From NCBI GenBank assembly GCA_965203295.1, contig CBDBCZ010000012.1, forward strand, positions 256,001 through 320,000: 64,000 nucleotides of DNA, written 5' to 3'. Below are positions 1 through 13,258 of this stretch, one piece after another. The position numbers were made by a program, and so were the translations under genes. Numbering within the stretch: position 1 is the first letter of the stretch; each line of letters starts with the position of its first letter. The notes below the pieces were generated by a model. It did not search any database. It was not told where the DNA came from and was given only the letters and a program-made list of their open reading frames with translations. This stretch comes from Nitrospirales bacterium. Its GTDB lineage: Bacteria > Nitrospirota > Nitrospiria > Nitrospirales > UBA8639.

Positions 1-2299
1 CCCAAAGAACTAGAAATCTCTAGCAGAGACATACCGATTGCCAATACGAACACGTGACCAGAGTCCGTATATGCCCGGCCCCCATTGTATTCTAGTTGTG
101 ACCGTTTTAAAAAGGCAGTTGTTAAATATGAAAGAACTGGAGATGCAGCGTATGGAACCGCTTTGGCGACTATCAGGTACACACCCGGACTTTTTTTTTA
201 GATTTCAATGTTACTGTCGTGTTTAGCAATCACTTAACCCTGTAATTTGCGAGATAGCCCGATTTTTGAGCGGACAGACAACAAACAGACGGACAGACAG
301 AACCAATTGCTTAACCCCGCCGCCGCCTACGCGCCGCGGGGTAATAATAATACAGGAGGTAATGATGGACTAGTTGGGGAGCTTTTTAGGTACGGTGGCA
401 AAGGAGTAGTTACAAGTTGTTTGTTGAAAGTCTTATATGAAGTAGTTTGGACATAGGAGAGTGTTCCAAAACAACAAGGACAAGTGTTAACTTTTAGCTT
501 GTATAAGAAAGGTGTTACTGAGGACCTGGGTATTTACAGAGGCATTACATTATTGAATGTGGGAGGAAAATTGTTCTAAACAATCGCCTAGTAATCACAT
601 TAGAATGAGAAAGAGCTCTTCATGATGATTTAGAGAAAAAACGAGTCGTGCTGATAGCATCTTTGCTCTCAATAAAATCATACCAGGTAGAATGAGGAAC
701 ACTTATGCTTCTTTCTTAGATGTTCAGAAGTATTTAACACAGTTTGACATAATGGCTTATAGTTTAAGGAAATTGGTGTTAGGGGCAGGATGAGGTGAGT
801 TATTAAGGATATCACACAGAGTGCTGTTTTACTGGAGGCAGAAATATCTGATATAGGTCAGGGGGTGGCACAGGGTTGTAGTATGTCGCCTATCCTTTTA
901 TCTAACTTTATTAATCAGTTGTTAGGTGAGTTTGAGAAGGCTGTGATTGGCATTAATATTAAGAAGGAGTTCAGGTTGGGGGCCTAATGTTTGCCAAAAG
1001 ATTTTGTAGGTTCAACTACTAACGCTGAAGACTTACAAATACAAACATTGATTAATGTATTACAGGGGTTTTGTAAAAATGGAGTTTGAAATCTAACATA
1101 CACAACAGTGCTGTTATGGTAATTTCTAAAGAGGTTGATACAGGTGCGTGTACAAGGAAGTGGGGAGATAAAAACATTCCAGAGGTTGTAAGTTACTGTT
1201 ACTTGGCCACTGATTTTGCAAATAATGGTTCATGGATAGTCATGTACAGAAGGTAATAAACAGTGGAAAAAAATTACATAGCTTTTTAGTAACAGTAAAA
1301 ATATCAGTACAGTTACAAGAAGGACACCTATTGTTAGTTCAGTACTTTACCCTGCTTTAGAATATGGTAGTGAAGTGTGGGCTTGTAATACGGCAGACAG
1401 CTTCCTTGGAATTTTTTCAGCTAGGAGCAGCTAAAAATATATTTGGCTGCTCTTCTAAAACGTGTAATGAAGCAGTAAGGGGGAGGGGTATTGGGTTAGA
1501 ATCTTTTGAAAGGCAGGAGGCATAGGTGCAAACTTAAGTGGTGTTATAAAGTCAGTAATTTGCATGATGAGAGATATCCTAGCTTACTAGACAGTGAGTG
1601 GTAAGTGAAATCGTGCACAGGTAGGCAGAGGGAGACCTGGAGGAAAGTCGGCAGTACATTGTTGCTGCAGTCATTAAATGTAGAGAGTCAGGATATAATT
1701 ATTTGCTGAAGTTTACAAAATTTTGGAAATGAACATAGTTTTCTAAGCTTCCATTCAACAAATCGTCTACGAAAATATTTCTAATGGTATCTTACATAGG
1801 ACACTCCCAGAGCACATGTACTAACTCTCACATTGCGTCCCACACAACTTACACTGCCTATCATAATTTTTACCCCATGTCTTCCTAACTCTTTATTCAG
1901 ACGGTTAGTACTTGAACCTAAACTTAAACATCAATCGTATTCCTGGATCCCCAACCCCTGCAAGTAATTCTTACATTCTATTTCTTTACAAAAAGACTTA
2001 TACAGCTTCAGCCATCATTTATACTCTCTATATCTCAACACTTCATCTACTCTCTCTAGGAACAAATTTATATTTAAGAGAACAGGCTTTGTTCTAGGGT
2101 GTGAGAATTGCTTTTAAGGGTGTATTAAGACTAGTTAAGAGTTTTGCATTATTGATCTGGGATACTAGGAAGAATAAATTATATGGTGATCAAGATAATG
2201 AAACCTCTGTTTGTTCTTGCTCGGACTGGAGATCTTACAACTGTGTATGTGGGTTGGTGCTCAATGGCATACGCGCTACGACAGCGACACGAGTATAAT
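1..2299 (+). mobile_element. Degenerate APE-RT LINE (RTE-X-like), old copy 1, begins before the window
   Basis: Colinear with the near-intact LINE at 58490-60557 (YRGITLLNV, GVAQGCSMSPIL remnants) with many stops and indels. The 3' end is followed by ATTACTACCTATCTG (2300-2314), as in the other old copies. Confidence 0.9.
8..344 (-). mobile_element. DINE-1/HINE-like non-autonomous Helentron element nested in old LINE (copy 1)
   Basis: Absent from the intact LINE at ctaaaga|ataataa. Has a (GACA/GACG)n-type microsatellite, terminal TTAACCC...GGGGTAA palindrome and a short stem-loop next to ACTAG at the other end. No TSD. Confidence 0.75.
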
Positions 2300-2367
2300 A
2301 TTACTACCTATCTGTATTATACATGTATCAATTTCAGTTGATGTGCCATTCTTGTGAATGTACAAAC

Positions 2368-5300
2368 CTGTGAAACAGTGTATCCCTTAATTGCGGACAG
2401 TACTGAAGGAAACAGAGCTACTCTTTCGAGTAGAGCTGGCTTTACTGCGCAGTGACTTTGCTCGGGTACTGTGTCACACCTGAAAGAAGAGAGAGCAGGA
2501 ATATTAAGGTAATAACTACACGGACAAACCTGTAAGATCTTACGATAAAGGAGCAGGCACACATAAAAGGCACTGCTCTTGTTGTCTAGATGTTTTCACT
2601 CAAGAGTTCTACAATAATCTTGTTTATGGCTAGGAATGATGATGACTCCTAGTACTTTCTATGTAAGGTGCATAGGTATATGTAGGTGGTACCACACCAT
2701 TGAATACATTAATTACAACTGCTTGCTAACCCTTAGTCATCAAAGTTTATAGGGGTGAGGATGTTACAAGACTAGATTGCACCATTGCATATCTTCAGTT
2801 TGAACACATACAATACCTACCTTTTCACTTCTTAGAACATGAAACAGGAAAATGAAAACACCCTATAGAGAATGGATAAGAAATAAATATGACTAATCTA
2901 TGTAGATTGCTGTTCAGAACAAGAGTAATGCAATAACATACGTACCTACTAGTGTAATACCTACATGTACATATATGTGTATGTACGTAGCTAGTGTGGG
3001 ATAATTATCACATAAATTTTAGTTCAAAATTGATTACCATGTCGATGCATGAATTGGTGATAGTGTACACAACATACAGTAGTAATTACACTGTACATGT
3101 ACAATGATGAGGTGTATGCAACTAGTATGAGAACACATTCTTAGGATATTAATAAATAATATCTACATGTTTTAAAGCCACTAATGTACTTGCATTATAA
3201 CAGACAACTAAGGTAACCACTTGATTATCATGACATGTGTTAAAACAAATAGCCTTAGTTTCAGTAGAAGGCTCCTGAAGTGAATTGAGAACAGTAAAGA
3301 GCCATGCAAAGGCAGTGAGGTTTCTGTTGACAGTAAATAGCCTAAAAACCCAGGTCAGTCCTAGTATGGGAAGGAGGATCACTGATGCACACAATGAAGT
3401 TCTGAGAAAGAGAAGCAGCATACATAACAGTCTGCAAGCACAGCAGTGAGTGAGGCTGGATGCACACTTCCAATTAATCCTAGCTGGCATGGATAGACTA
3501 CAACAACTATGTCATCTTTACCAGTGAGATAGAGATGATGTTCCCACTAGCAGGATAAAGATGCATATTATAATCTCCTCACGCGGTCAGCAGTTTAGCT
3601 CAGTCTGCTTCATTTGGAGGTATGAACTATTTGACTAGTACATATGTATGTGCTAGAAATTTCACAAAGCACTAAATACATACACGCAAGTACAAAGCAT
3701 GAGCACCTAGTAGAGCCTGATGGTATCTTAAACTCACACAAACAGTTCCCTTTTCTCTTTGAATTTGGAGGTTGTATTCTAATTGGCTGCTTTTGACTTG
3801 GTACTTTTGTACACTTTTATCATAGCCATTGTCATAAAGAATACATTTACCTATGAGGGCATTAATGTAAGAAAGTAATGGTGCCATATAAAATGTTGTA
3901 GTCTTGTAAAAATCGCAGTAGCAAACTTTAACAAGTTTAATAAAATGCATATTTGATTCTTAGAAGTGACCATGAATTAAAACAACAGTTGCAAAGCTAA
4001 CTTAAAGCAATGATGACTAACATAGGTCCAACGAAAGCCCAGATAACTCCATTGTCAGTGGACAGCCAGTAACTGCAAGAACAATATTTAAATAAAACAC
4101 TACTAAGAACTCTCTAGTGCATTGATAATCAACAATTGAGGAACTTCATTAATTTAGCCCAATGACCATGTCAGTGTTCTAGCCATGACTGTTAATACAG
4201 TAACCAGACAGTATGCTTTTGGAATGGCACATTATAAAAGAGGTTGTACACACTGTGGGATGCGACGCACTCAACTACAGTGACATGGATGATCCATAAC
4301 TATAGACAGATTCAACTAGCCCTTGTGTTCATGCTGGTTATACTTACTAAATAAGAGCTCCCTCATCGTTCCTCACTCCATAGTCATCATGTCTTGATGC
4401 CACTCCAATCACCACAGGAAAAATGGGCAGACCTGCCGACAAGAGTATACGTACTGAATAGTCATCTAATGCCTGTATTACAAATCAAGAGTTTGAACAC
4501 TACATGTACGTAGCTTACCCTATCCAAGGAGTAAGAAGAACCACCATTTCTTGGACAGCCTGATGAAAACTACTACCAGCATCAGGTAGAGCATGATGCC
4601 CTCACACAACATCCAACAGAAGGCAGCCAGGAAGAAGTAGTGCAGGAGAACAGTTACAAAGACACACCCACCCTGTAAGGAGCAGAATAATGTACAAATG
4701 AGATACATACATACGTACGTGTAAGTAAGAATGTGTACCATAATCAGTGAGTGGACACTGTCTGTGTCTGAATACGTGCATAATTGTGTTTATATATGTA
4801 TATTACCAAAATTAAATTACGTAGACCATACATTATGCTCACATAAATTTTATTACTATCCCTCATACTTGATCACAACAGAAGAGTATTGCTTAATGTA
4901 AAAGAAACTGAACTGTATACAGGTAGTGTGAGAGCAAACCATTAGCAGAGACAAGAAACAGGACAGACTGTGGGTCTCAAGCAGCGGGAGGTTTGGTAGT
5001 CCGGCCTCACATTTCTCACTCTTAATCGCTTGAGTTATAATATACTATACGGCCTCAGTGATCTCTGCTTCTGTTGATCCTCTCACAGATACGTACGTAG
5101 TTACCAACCTGGCTTCTTCTACATATATGCTGCATGACATCCTCACATGCCCTTGTAGTAAAGATAGGTTTCACCTCAAGCTAGCTGAGATTAAATTCTC
5201 GATCTTGCAAAGTTTCTGGATGATCACAACCCTATCACACAAACACATATCTTTGCAAGATTTTAAAATTAGGGTAAAATCCAAGTTATGTACGTACCTA

Positions 5301-8300
5301 GCCCTGATTGCATGATATATCCGTGGCATGCATAGCAATTAAGGTTTAAACTGAAGGTTTAGCATTTTAATAATTCTTAAAGATAGGCTAGGTGTCATAC
5401 AGAAGCCATAGACATTGTAAAACATTGTACGTAGCAGATTCTATACTTCATTTGAGAACCTAGCAACGTATGGGGTAGAGGAATTAAAGCTAAAACCTAC
5501 AACTCTTGTGACATGCATGCTTTACCAACCATGCAGCATCTAGCATATAACACACACACACACACGCATGTATTTACGAACCACTGAATGCCTGGCTGTC
5601 TGTATACCAATCACAAAAACGAGGTGCCCCACAAACAGAGATGGCCAAATTTAGATGAATAAAGTAGTGAACTAATTGGAACAGTTTCTTGCTGTAGAAT
5701 AAGAGAAAATAGATGTGGTTACTACTGAGAATGCAATCACAAAAGAGTGCAAATCATGCAACTACACTCTCAAGTGAAAGGATTACGGGTAGAGAGAAAA
5801 GCCAGTGAGCAAACATAGAGGTGCATAGAAACGTGTATGCTTATTACTAGTATACACTCCCAGTGGAATACAAACCGTGTACATATCACACCTATGTTAT
5901 ACACATGTAGATTATTTCTCTCTGCATATGTACATGCAGATCCTGATTATGGATGTGTGGTTGCAACTACTAGTAAAAGAAGTAGCCATTACTCTTCACG
6001 TAATAGACGAAGGCAGTATGTATAATATTTGCAAGTACCCACAACACTTGAACTTTCCAAGTAATATCTTAAAAGAAATGTAGCTCAGAGGAGATACTAC
6101 ACGCCCCACGACAATACAAAACAGGGAGTATTAATACTAACGAGTGTAGTGACAATAGTGTAAATGGTGTTTACCCAAGAAAGAGGAAGAACACAATGGC
6201 AATGACCAGGCATGCCATGGAAATAGCACAACCAATATAGGAGACGATCATTAAGGCCTGTAGTTCTGCACCTCCCTATATAGCAACCAAAACAGAATAC
6301 AAAACATTGTGTAACAGGAATAGTGAAGTTTTGCAGCACAAAGAAACATATTTTAGGTACACATGCTAGTAGTCTGTATGCTTGCATTGGTTCTGCAGGC
6401 TGTGTTACAGTATATTATATGATAGCAAGCATGGTCTAAACAATATATGTAGAGAAACCGGTTAATATGCACATTATTGTTACAGTAGTGCCCAGTATAT
6501 GTTTGCATAAATCATCTACCTTAATAGAGGAGTCTCACAAGTACAGTCTGATAAGGTCGAATGGGCTACATGTAGTGTAAACCTGTGGACTTAATGCTAC
6601 TACTGCTATCCATACATCTCCGAGTGTTCCAGACACATCCACCAGCACTGCAAAACTTGAGAGATGGCTGCTCTGGCACTCCACTGTCATCACACCACCG
6701 CGTAAGGTAGCACTGACTGTCTCTACCCCATCTGATGACCAACTGCCACTATCAATCCTGTAGTTTGTTCTATGTTTATTATTTGGGAGGGGGATTAACC
6801 AGAACCACTCCATAACTTTTTTTTAAACATCAAAAACTATATCACACACGCACATGTTGGTCTAAAAGTACATGTAGTTACGCAACAATTATTGCAAACT
6901 CGAGCTTAAACATGAACCTCTGCATGGAAGCATGGCTAAAAAATCCATATGACAAAGTATACTATCAAAAAAGTGTATACTGGAGAAAGAATGCACATAA
7001 TTATTGAAACACAACGTATCTGCAAAAACAGCCTTTACTTATTGTGCTCTATTGTGGGACCCAAATAAAAGTCCTGTAAAAATACAGTAAACATGTACTT
7101 TGGCATGCATACGCAAGTAACTAACAATAGAAGATTTCATTAAAGCGACTTACGGATCAGAAAATTCCCAAAAAGCACATCTGTAGTCACTTCCCTATAT
7201 ACATGTACGTACATACAAAATCATTAGCATGAAAATACAGTTTTACAGTCTATACCATAGATTTATGCACCAAGTGAACTGCTTAAGTAAAGTGGAAACA
7301 GCTACCACCCTTTAAAGAGGACTGTTACAGTACAGCAATGCAATCCCTGGCACATTAATACGCACCCTTCTTAATACTCGCTAGAAAACTATTAGTAAAG
7401 TAGTATTTCTAGTAGCTCTTGTAAGTAGGATGTACGTACCATATATGCTGTCGTGATCTACCTTCATTCAAGATTACACATGCTAACAAAACAGCTATTT
7501 CCACAGTAACATAAAGCTGACCAACATCATAAAACATTACAAGTATTATTGGTATGTTTGGTATATTAATTACAGTATGTGTTAAAAACAAACCTCATCG
7601 AAAGTGAAGGATACATCTACTGGGTCTTCCTGAAGTGCACGAGACTGCTGCACTCGAAATTCTCGTGACAACACTGTTGTGGAAATTACCATGGAGGCAA
7701 CAGCAGTGGAAGCACTACAGAGAGAGATAAACCTTTGTGGTAATGGCTTCCTGGAATGTTACAACTCCTGTACATGTTTATGGTACAGGTATAATGACAC
7801 ACAGATATGGACATCGCATCGATCTTTGCAGTGAACACCTACCAACCAGAACCAGAACCACTCCATAACTTGTTTTAAACATCAAAAACTATATCACACA
7901 CGCACATGTTGGTCTGAAAGTATATGTAGCTACGCAACAATTATTGCAAACTTGAGCTTAAACATGAACCTCTGCATGGAAGCATGGCTATAAAAATCAA
8001 TATGACAAAGTATACTATCAAAAAATTGTATACTGGAGAAAGAATGTACATAATTATTGAAATACGACGTATCTGCAAAAACAGCCTTTACTTATTGTGC
8101 TCTATTGTTGGACCCAAATAAGAGTCCTGTAACAATACCGTGAACATGTACTTTGGCATGCATACGCAAGTAACTGACAATAGAAGATTTCATTAGCATG
8201 AAAATACAGCTTTACAGTCTTTACCACATATTCATGCACCAAGTGATCTGCTTTAGTAAAGCGGGAACAGCTACTACCCTTTAAAGAGGACTGTACAGCA

Positions 8301-9043
8301 ATGCAATCCCTGGCACATTAATATGCACCCTTCTTAATACACTAGAATACTGTTGGTAAAGTAGTACTTCATAGTAGCTCTTGCCAGTAGGATGTACATA
8401 CACGCTGTTGTGATCTACCTTCATTCAAGATTAGACATGCTAACAAAACAGCTATTTCCAGAGTAAGATAAAGCTGACCAACATCATAACTATTATTGGT
8501 ATTATTCGGTTAAAAACAAACCTCATCAAAGTGAAGGATACTTCTACTGGGTCATCCTGAAGTGCACGAGACTGCTGCACTCGAAATTCTCGTGACGACA
8601 CTGTTGTGGAAATTACCATGGAGGCAACAGCAGTGGAAGCACTACACAGAGAGATAAACGTTTGTGGTAATGGCTTCCTGGAATGTTACAACTCCTGTAC
8701 ATGTTTATGGCACAGGTATAAGGATACACAGATATGGACATCGCATCGATCTTTGCAGTGAACACCTACCAATACCCAGATTTGTCTAGCTAGGTTCTGA
8801 CCCTCCATGTGCTATAACACACAGAAAGCAAGGCGGATATCATTGGTGTCACCTAAAGAGGGGTTATATTAATTACACTGCAATGCAAGGATATGAATAT
8901 GCTGTTCTTCCTTATCCAATTGGAAGAATGGGGTGGGCCAGGGTTGAATGGCACACTGTGTACAGACACATACACACATACCCTGTTGGCAACACAACTT
9001 CCATATTCCGGAATAAAACATTTTGTTACTGGTACTGTATTCC
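2368..9043 (-). pseudogene. Adhesion GPCR (GAIN/GPS-7TM) pseudogene, unit 1
   Basis: Exons 8982-9043, 7594-7714, 7154-7194 (CAFW), 6616-6757 (WSSDGV...CQSSHLSSFAVLV), 6175-6275 (TM1), 5582-5691, 4519-4672 (LLHYFFLAAFCWMLCEGI), 4348-4432, 4006-4072 (WLSTDNGVIWAFVGP), 3738-3850, 3275-3401 (LLPILGLTW...NSLQ), 2821-2862 (GVFIFLFH), 2368-2479. Disabled by TAG at 4520-4522, two mutated donors (after the TM5 and TM6-7 exons) and a TGA in the C-tail exon. Confidence 0.92.
6800..8770. repeat. ~1-kb tandem duplication inside unit 1 (6800-7845 / 7853-8770)
   Basis: CCAGAACCACTCCATAAC... restarts at ~7853. The GAIN exon appears twice (7594-7714 and 8522-8641). Confidence 0.85.
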
Positions 9044-9892
9044 CTGTAGAGTATAAGAAAAGCTAGCCTAGATGGATGGCATGTATAAAGAAAGTGGACG
9101 TACATGCACATGTATATTTATATACTGCCAGGTGTAAAGATTTAAGCCAAAATGGGTGTGTGTATAAAATTAACAGTGTAGTTCAGCATAAATGAGAGTC
9201 ACTGGCCAAAAAATAAAATGTACGTACGCAAGGCATGTCAAACATGTGATGCATGAAGAATCAGACATGTTTATAACATTATATACTTTACAAATGGAGG
9301 CTTACTGCAGTTCGGCATGAATGAGAGTCACTGGCTGAAAAATAAAATGTGCGTACACAAGGCCTGTCAAACATGTCATGCATGAAGAATCAGACATGTC
9401 TATAACATTATACACTTTCCAAATGGAGGCTTACTACAGCACCTGGGTTAGTAGAGTTTGTTGAGTTTCTGCCATGTCAGTATAATGGATGGCACAAACT
9501 GCACAATGCTTAGCAGCTAATGTGATTTCGAAGCAGCATAGCCCTTTCACAAAGCAGCCATGGCTAATCCTTAATAAAAATATATGTTGTATATAGACGA
9601 GACCTCAAAAACCAAAAGTTTTATTGTATGCTGCCTTACAAAACTCTCTATGACAATATTATAGATAGAGACCAAACAACTGTCAATGTGCAAGGAAATG
9701 AAACGTATCAAGTGTAAACCAATGTTGACATCACCATGAAACATTAAAACTTTCAAAATGATGTTATAATAGTACGCAAAAAACTAGGGAGATTTAGTAT
9801 CAAAATTATGTTATTTTGTGAACCATGGGTGAAAACTCATGTAAGGCTTTTCCACCTCAGATTCTCTGAGGAGACATGAAAAACAGGTTAAT

Positions 9893-9950
9893 CCTTCCAG
9901 TGGCCTAGTGGTGAAGGCCCTGAAAGCTGAGAGCTGGGTTAGATTCTCTT
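9893..9950 (+). repeat. tRNA-like (Pol III A/B box) SINE-head remnant; also near 24340, 31782 and 44956
   Basis: A box TGGCCTAGTGG (9901-9911) and B-box-like GGTTAGATTC (9937-9946), followed by T-rich runs. No full cloverleaf seen. Confidence 0.45.
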
Positions 9951-10913
9951 GAGTACGTACATGTACTTCCTATTTCACCCCCCTTTAATTTTTTTCTTTT
10001 TGCTTCTTTTGGGTTCTGTTTCTGTTAGTTTTCACTACGTATTCTAGAAGGATTAGACAACACTGGCAATATACCCTTAGGCTGTACTCAACAACAGGAC
10101 AGAAGTGATTCAGCTTCGCTAAAGAGCCTTTGTATATGGCAGCATGGTTAAGCATTCTTAGACCAGCTCATCCTGCATACATCCGCACCTACACGACAGC
10201 TCAGCTACAAGTGTGTTAGAAAGTACAACTATCCAGACAAAAATCTCCTCCTACTTGATGTTGGCATTACGGTTTCATACATATGTATAATATTCTGGAA
10301 TCAGAGCTTTAGCCACACGAAGGTTGAGATCTCTTTGTCTGCTGGCCAATTTACTTCACATTTGGCACTGATGTTCGCTCTCAATAAACGTAATAGTTAA
10401 TGTACTTGAAAAGCAGACAACCATCCTGACACTAGTAGCTACAGATGAAAGGCTCATTACTGATCATGAACAGGGCATGCTTTCTGGTTTCTACTCTACA
10501 CAGTCTCTTGCACGCTTTTGCAAACCTCTGTACCGACACGGGAGCTAGTCTCGCGAGCCAGTCTGTACGGGAGCTAGCTACCATAGCTGACCAAATTACA
10601 GTACAGAACGGGTACATATTAGCGAGTATAAACTTACATGGCTTGAAATAGCTTTAATCTCCCGTTGTATGAGTGGCCTGACTCGTACAGCAACCTCTCC
10701 ACCCCTCCCTGACGAAGATTCCCGACGGTTCAGCGCACAAACGCAATCAAATCATTGTGTGAATGAATGGGGGTGGGGCTGTCTAGACCTGTGCCTGTTT
10801 TAGCCTAATCACTTTTTTTTTCTAAAACAATACAATACAATACCATACAATACAATACCTGTACGCATACGCACAGCACGCAGAACTGTGTGGGCACACG
10901 TAGATATTATCTA

Positions 10914-12414
10914 CTAGGTGAATGCAGAGCATTGTGGGGCGAGCGTGAGCGAGTTCATCATGTCATAGATTATCTATGATCATACATAGCTGACTTGAAT
11001 ATGCAGGGCTGGTACGTAATGCATTATTATATTATTACAAATGTAATCACAGATAGATCTATTATAGAGCATGATATAATTTTACATACAGCGGTATATT
11101 ACAGTGGTCACAATCATCATTATAATATGAAAGGATATAGTTGAGAATGTTAGTCTGGTTTGTACTTAATGCCTGTGCATGCCAGTGACAATATTGAGGC
11201 TGTACGTCAAAGTAAACGGAGGGGCGGATAGGAGGGAAGTTTCGGTGATGTCTTCATCTTTCATGTGCAATGTCGACAAGTTAAGATTGGTGCCAAAGTG
11301 TTAGGAAATTGGTACCAGCATAGATAATAGCAAGAATGGTGAGCCTAGCACTCCAGTGTTTCTTGCAGTGTTTCAGTGCTTGAAGAGCATCGCACTTTGC
11401 CCACATACCCAGCTGTTCAGTTGTGGGGGTGATTTGAGACTTCCAGACTGACAAGGCACGCTAAGTACGTGTCTAGTGACAGAACAGCTGCAACCTCAAC
11501 ACCAAGTAGCGGCCACCAAATTATGCGAGCCGCAGTCACAGATGCTGAAGCACGTGTATGCTACTGTTGTGAATGATGATGACAAGTCGTTGAAGGCAGT
11601 TCAGAAGCTCCCAATAAACACCACTGCAGAGAGGGACTACTCTGCACAGGAGACATGCCAACTTCTCCTCCAGCTACCAATGTTCGTGGCATCGCGGGAC
11701 TTCTTCATCCTTTGCCCTTGCGATGCTGCCCTGCGTTCTCGCCTGCGTACATGTAAGCCTGGTCTTCGCCTTCGCCGTGCTCACTCGTTCTGTAGCCTTC
11801 TCTCCATCTCCACAGGAGTTTCGGCCGCTCTCCTTTCTCTGTAGCGCTGTCTGCTCACTCATTCTCTCTCTCTCCAGAGCGCACGCACGTGTTGTAGAGG
11901 ATAATTGTTAGTTAGTTAAATTTTCATTTTAAGCAGGAAGATGTCCCTTCAGCCAACAGATGGCTGGTCCTCCAGGGAGTCCTGTGACATGAATACACAA
12001 CACACAGACAGCACACAGATAAAAAAGTTGCAAATAAATAAGTACAAAAACACCAGTTAGGAATAGCTATAGCCGGTCCAGGATTCGTGCCTTCAGTCTT
12101 CGACGAAACACCTCAGATCCAAGTTCTCTCACGCTGACAGGCAGCCTGTTCCAATCCCATGCTCCCCTAAATGTAATTGACCTTCTAAGGAACTCAGTGT
12201 TTACAGAAGGCAGAAACAAATTGCTACTGCCTCGTGCCCCAGAGCGCCCTACTTCACCAATTGTTCGGAATCTCTCCCTCAAACACCGTGGACCTTGTCC
12301 TCTTACACACCAATGTACCAGTCGCGACAACAGTTGTTGAAATAGGCCCCGCGCATGCACGCACAGGTCTACACTGAGGGGGGGGGGGGGGGGGAGCTCG
12401 CACGCACGCCCCAA
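10914..12414 (-). mobile_element. Non-autonomous Helentron-type element, unit 1 (short form)
   Basis: CTAG + AATGC/GCATT hairpin + subterminal IR TGGGGCGAGCGTGAGCGAG (10935-10953), with its inverted partner after a G-run (12397-12413). Internal Rep/helicase-like fragment (ERDYSAQETCQLLLQLPMF) and RPA-like fragment. Confidence 0.8.
11908..12322 (-). mobile_element. 5'-truncated L2/CR1-group LINE 3' end inserted in the Helentron
   Basis: Encodes ...LFLPSVNTEFLRRSITFRGAWDWNRLP...* (typical L2/CR1-group ORF2 C-terminus, stop at 12067), then a 3' UTR and (AACT)n tail. Absent from the homologous site near 52670. Confidence 0.8.
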
Positions 12415-13258
12415 AAGGAGTAATAAAAAAAAGAATATTACAAATAAATAATAAAAATAACACAACAGTTCAACATGTGAAGGGGGGGGGGGGGCTCACT
12501 CACGCTTGCCCCAAAAGGGTAAGTAATTGTAAAAGTACAACAAATAAAAATAATAATAAAAAATTACACAACAGTTCAACAAGTGACGACAGCTTCATCA
12601 CATGTAAATAGTAATGAAGAGAAGTCTCATCCACTTGAATCTTGACTTCCTGCTTCCTGCGGTGATGTAACGAAGAATAACATAAACACTTGGCCATCAT
12701 TGTCTCTACCAAGTGAATCGGATCAGCTCTAGACTCTACTGCAAGCTCTATATGTATGCCACACATCACAGTGAGCTAATGCACTAGCTGTCACCATTGT
12801 CACTGTTGTTTCAAGAGACATTTATGCTTGCTTAACACAAAGAGGTACACAAGCAGTAAATCCTTATTGGTCCCTCTCTCTATCTTTAATTTTCAAACCA
12901 TAAACTAAACAATTGCTCAACCAAGTGAACAAAACTTTTAACCACTGCTAAAACTACACAGATGTATCACTATTATTTCATCCAATCAGTTGAAATGTAC
13001 TTAAACATTTTTTGTATGTATTTTACCTTTCCTTTAAATCTGTGCAGCAGTTTTCTTAAAGAATAACACTGATGTACATGGACTTATTACTGAAAATAAT
13101 GACAGTCTTGCGTCTTTCAGATGACAAAGACTAGTTATCTAGTTTTGATTCCCCCCCCCCCCCACACACACACTATTTAATAGTTAGGTATGCATTACAT
13201 AAAAGTGTGCCAGAGACAGGACACATAGCTAGCAGTTGCATTAATTACTGCCTATCTG

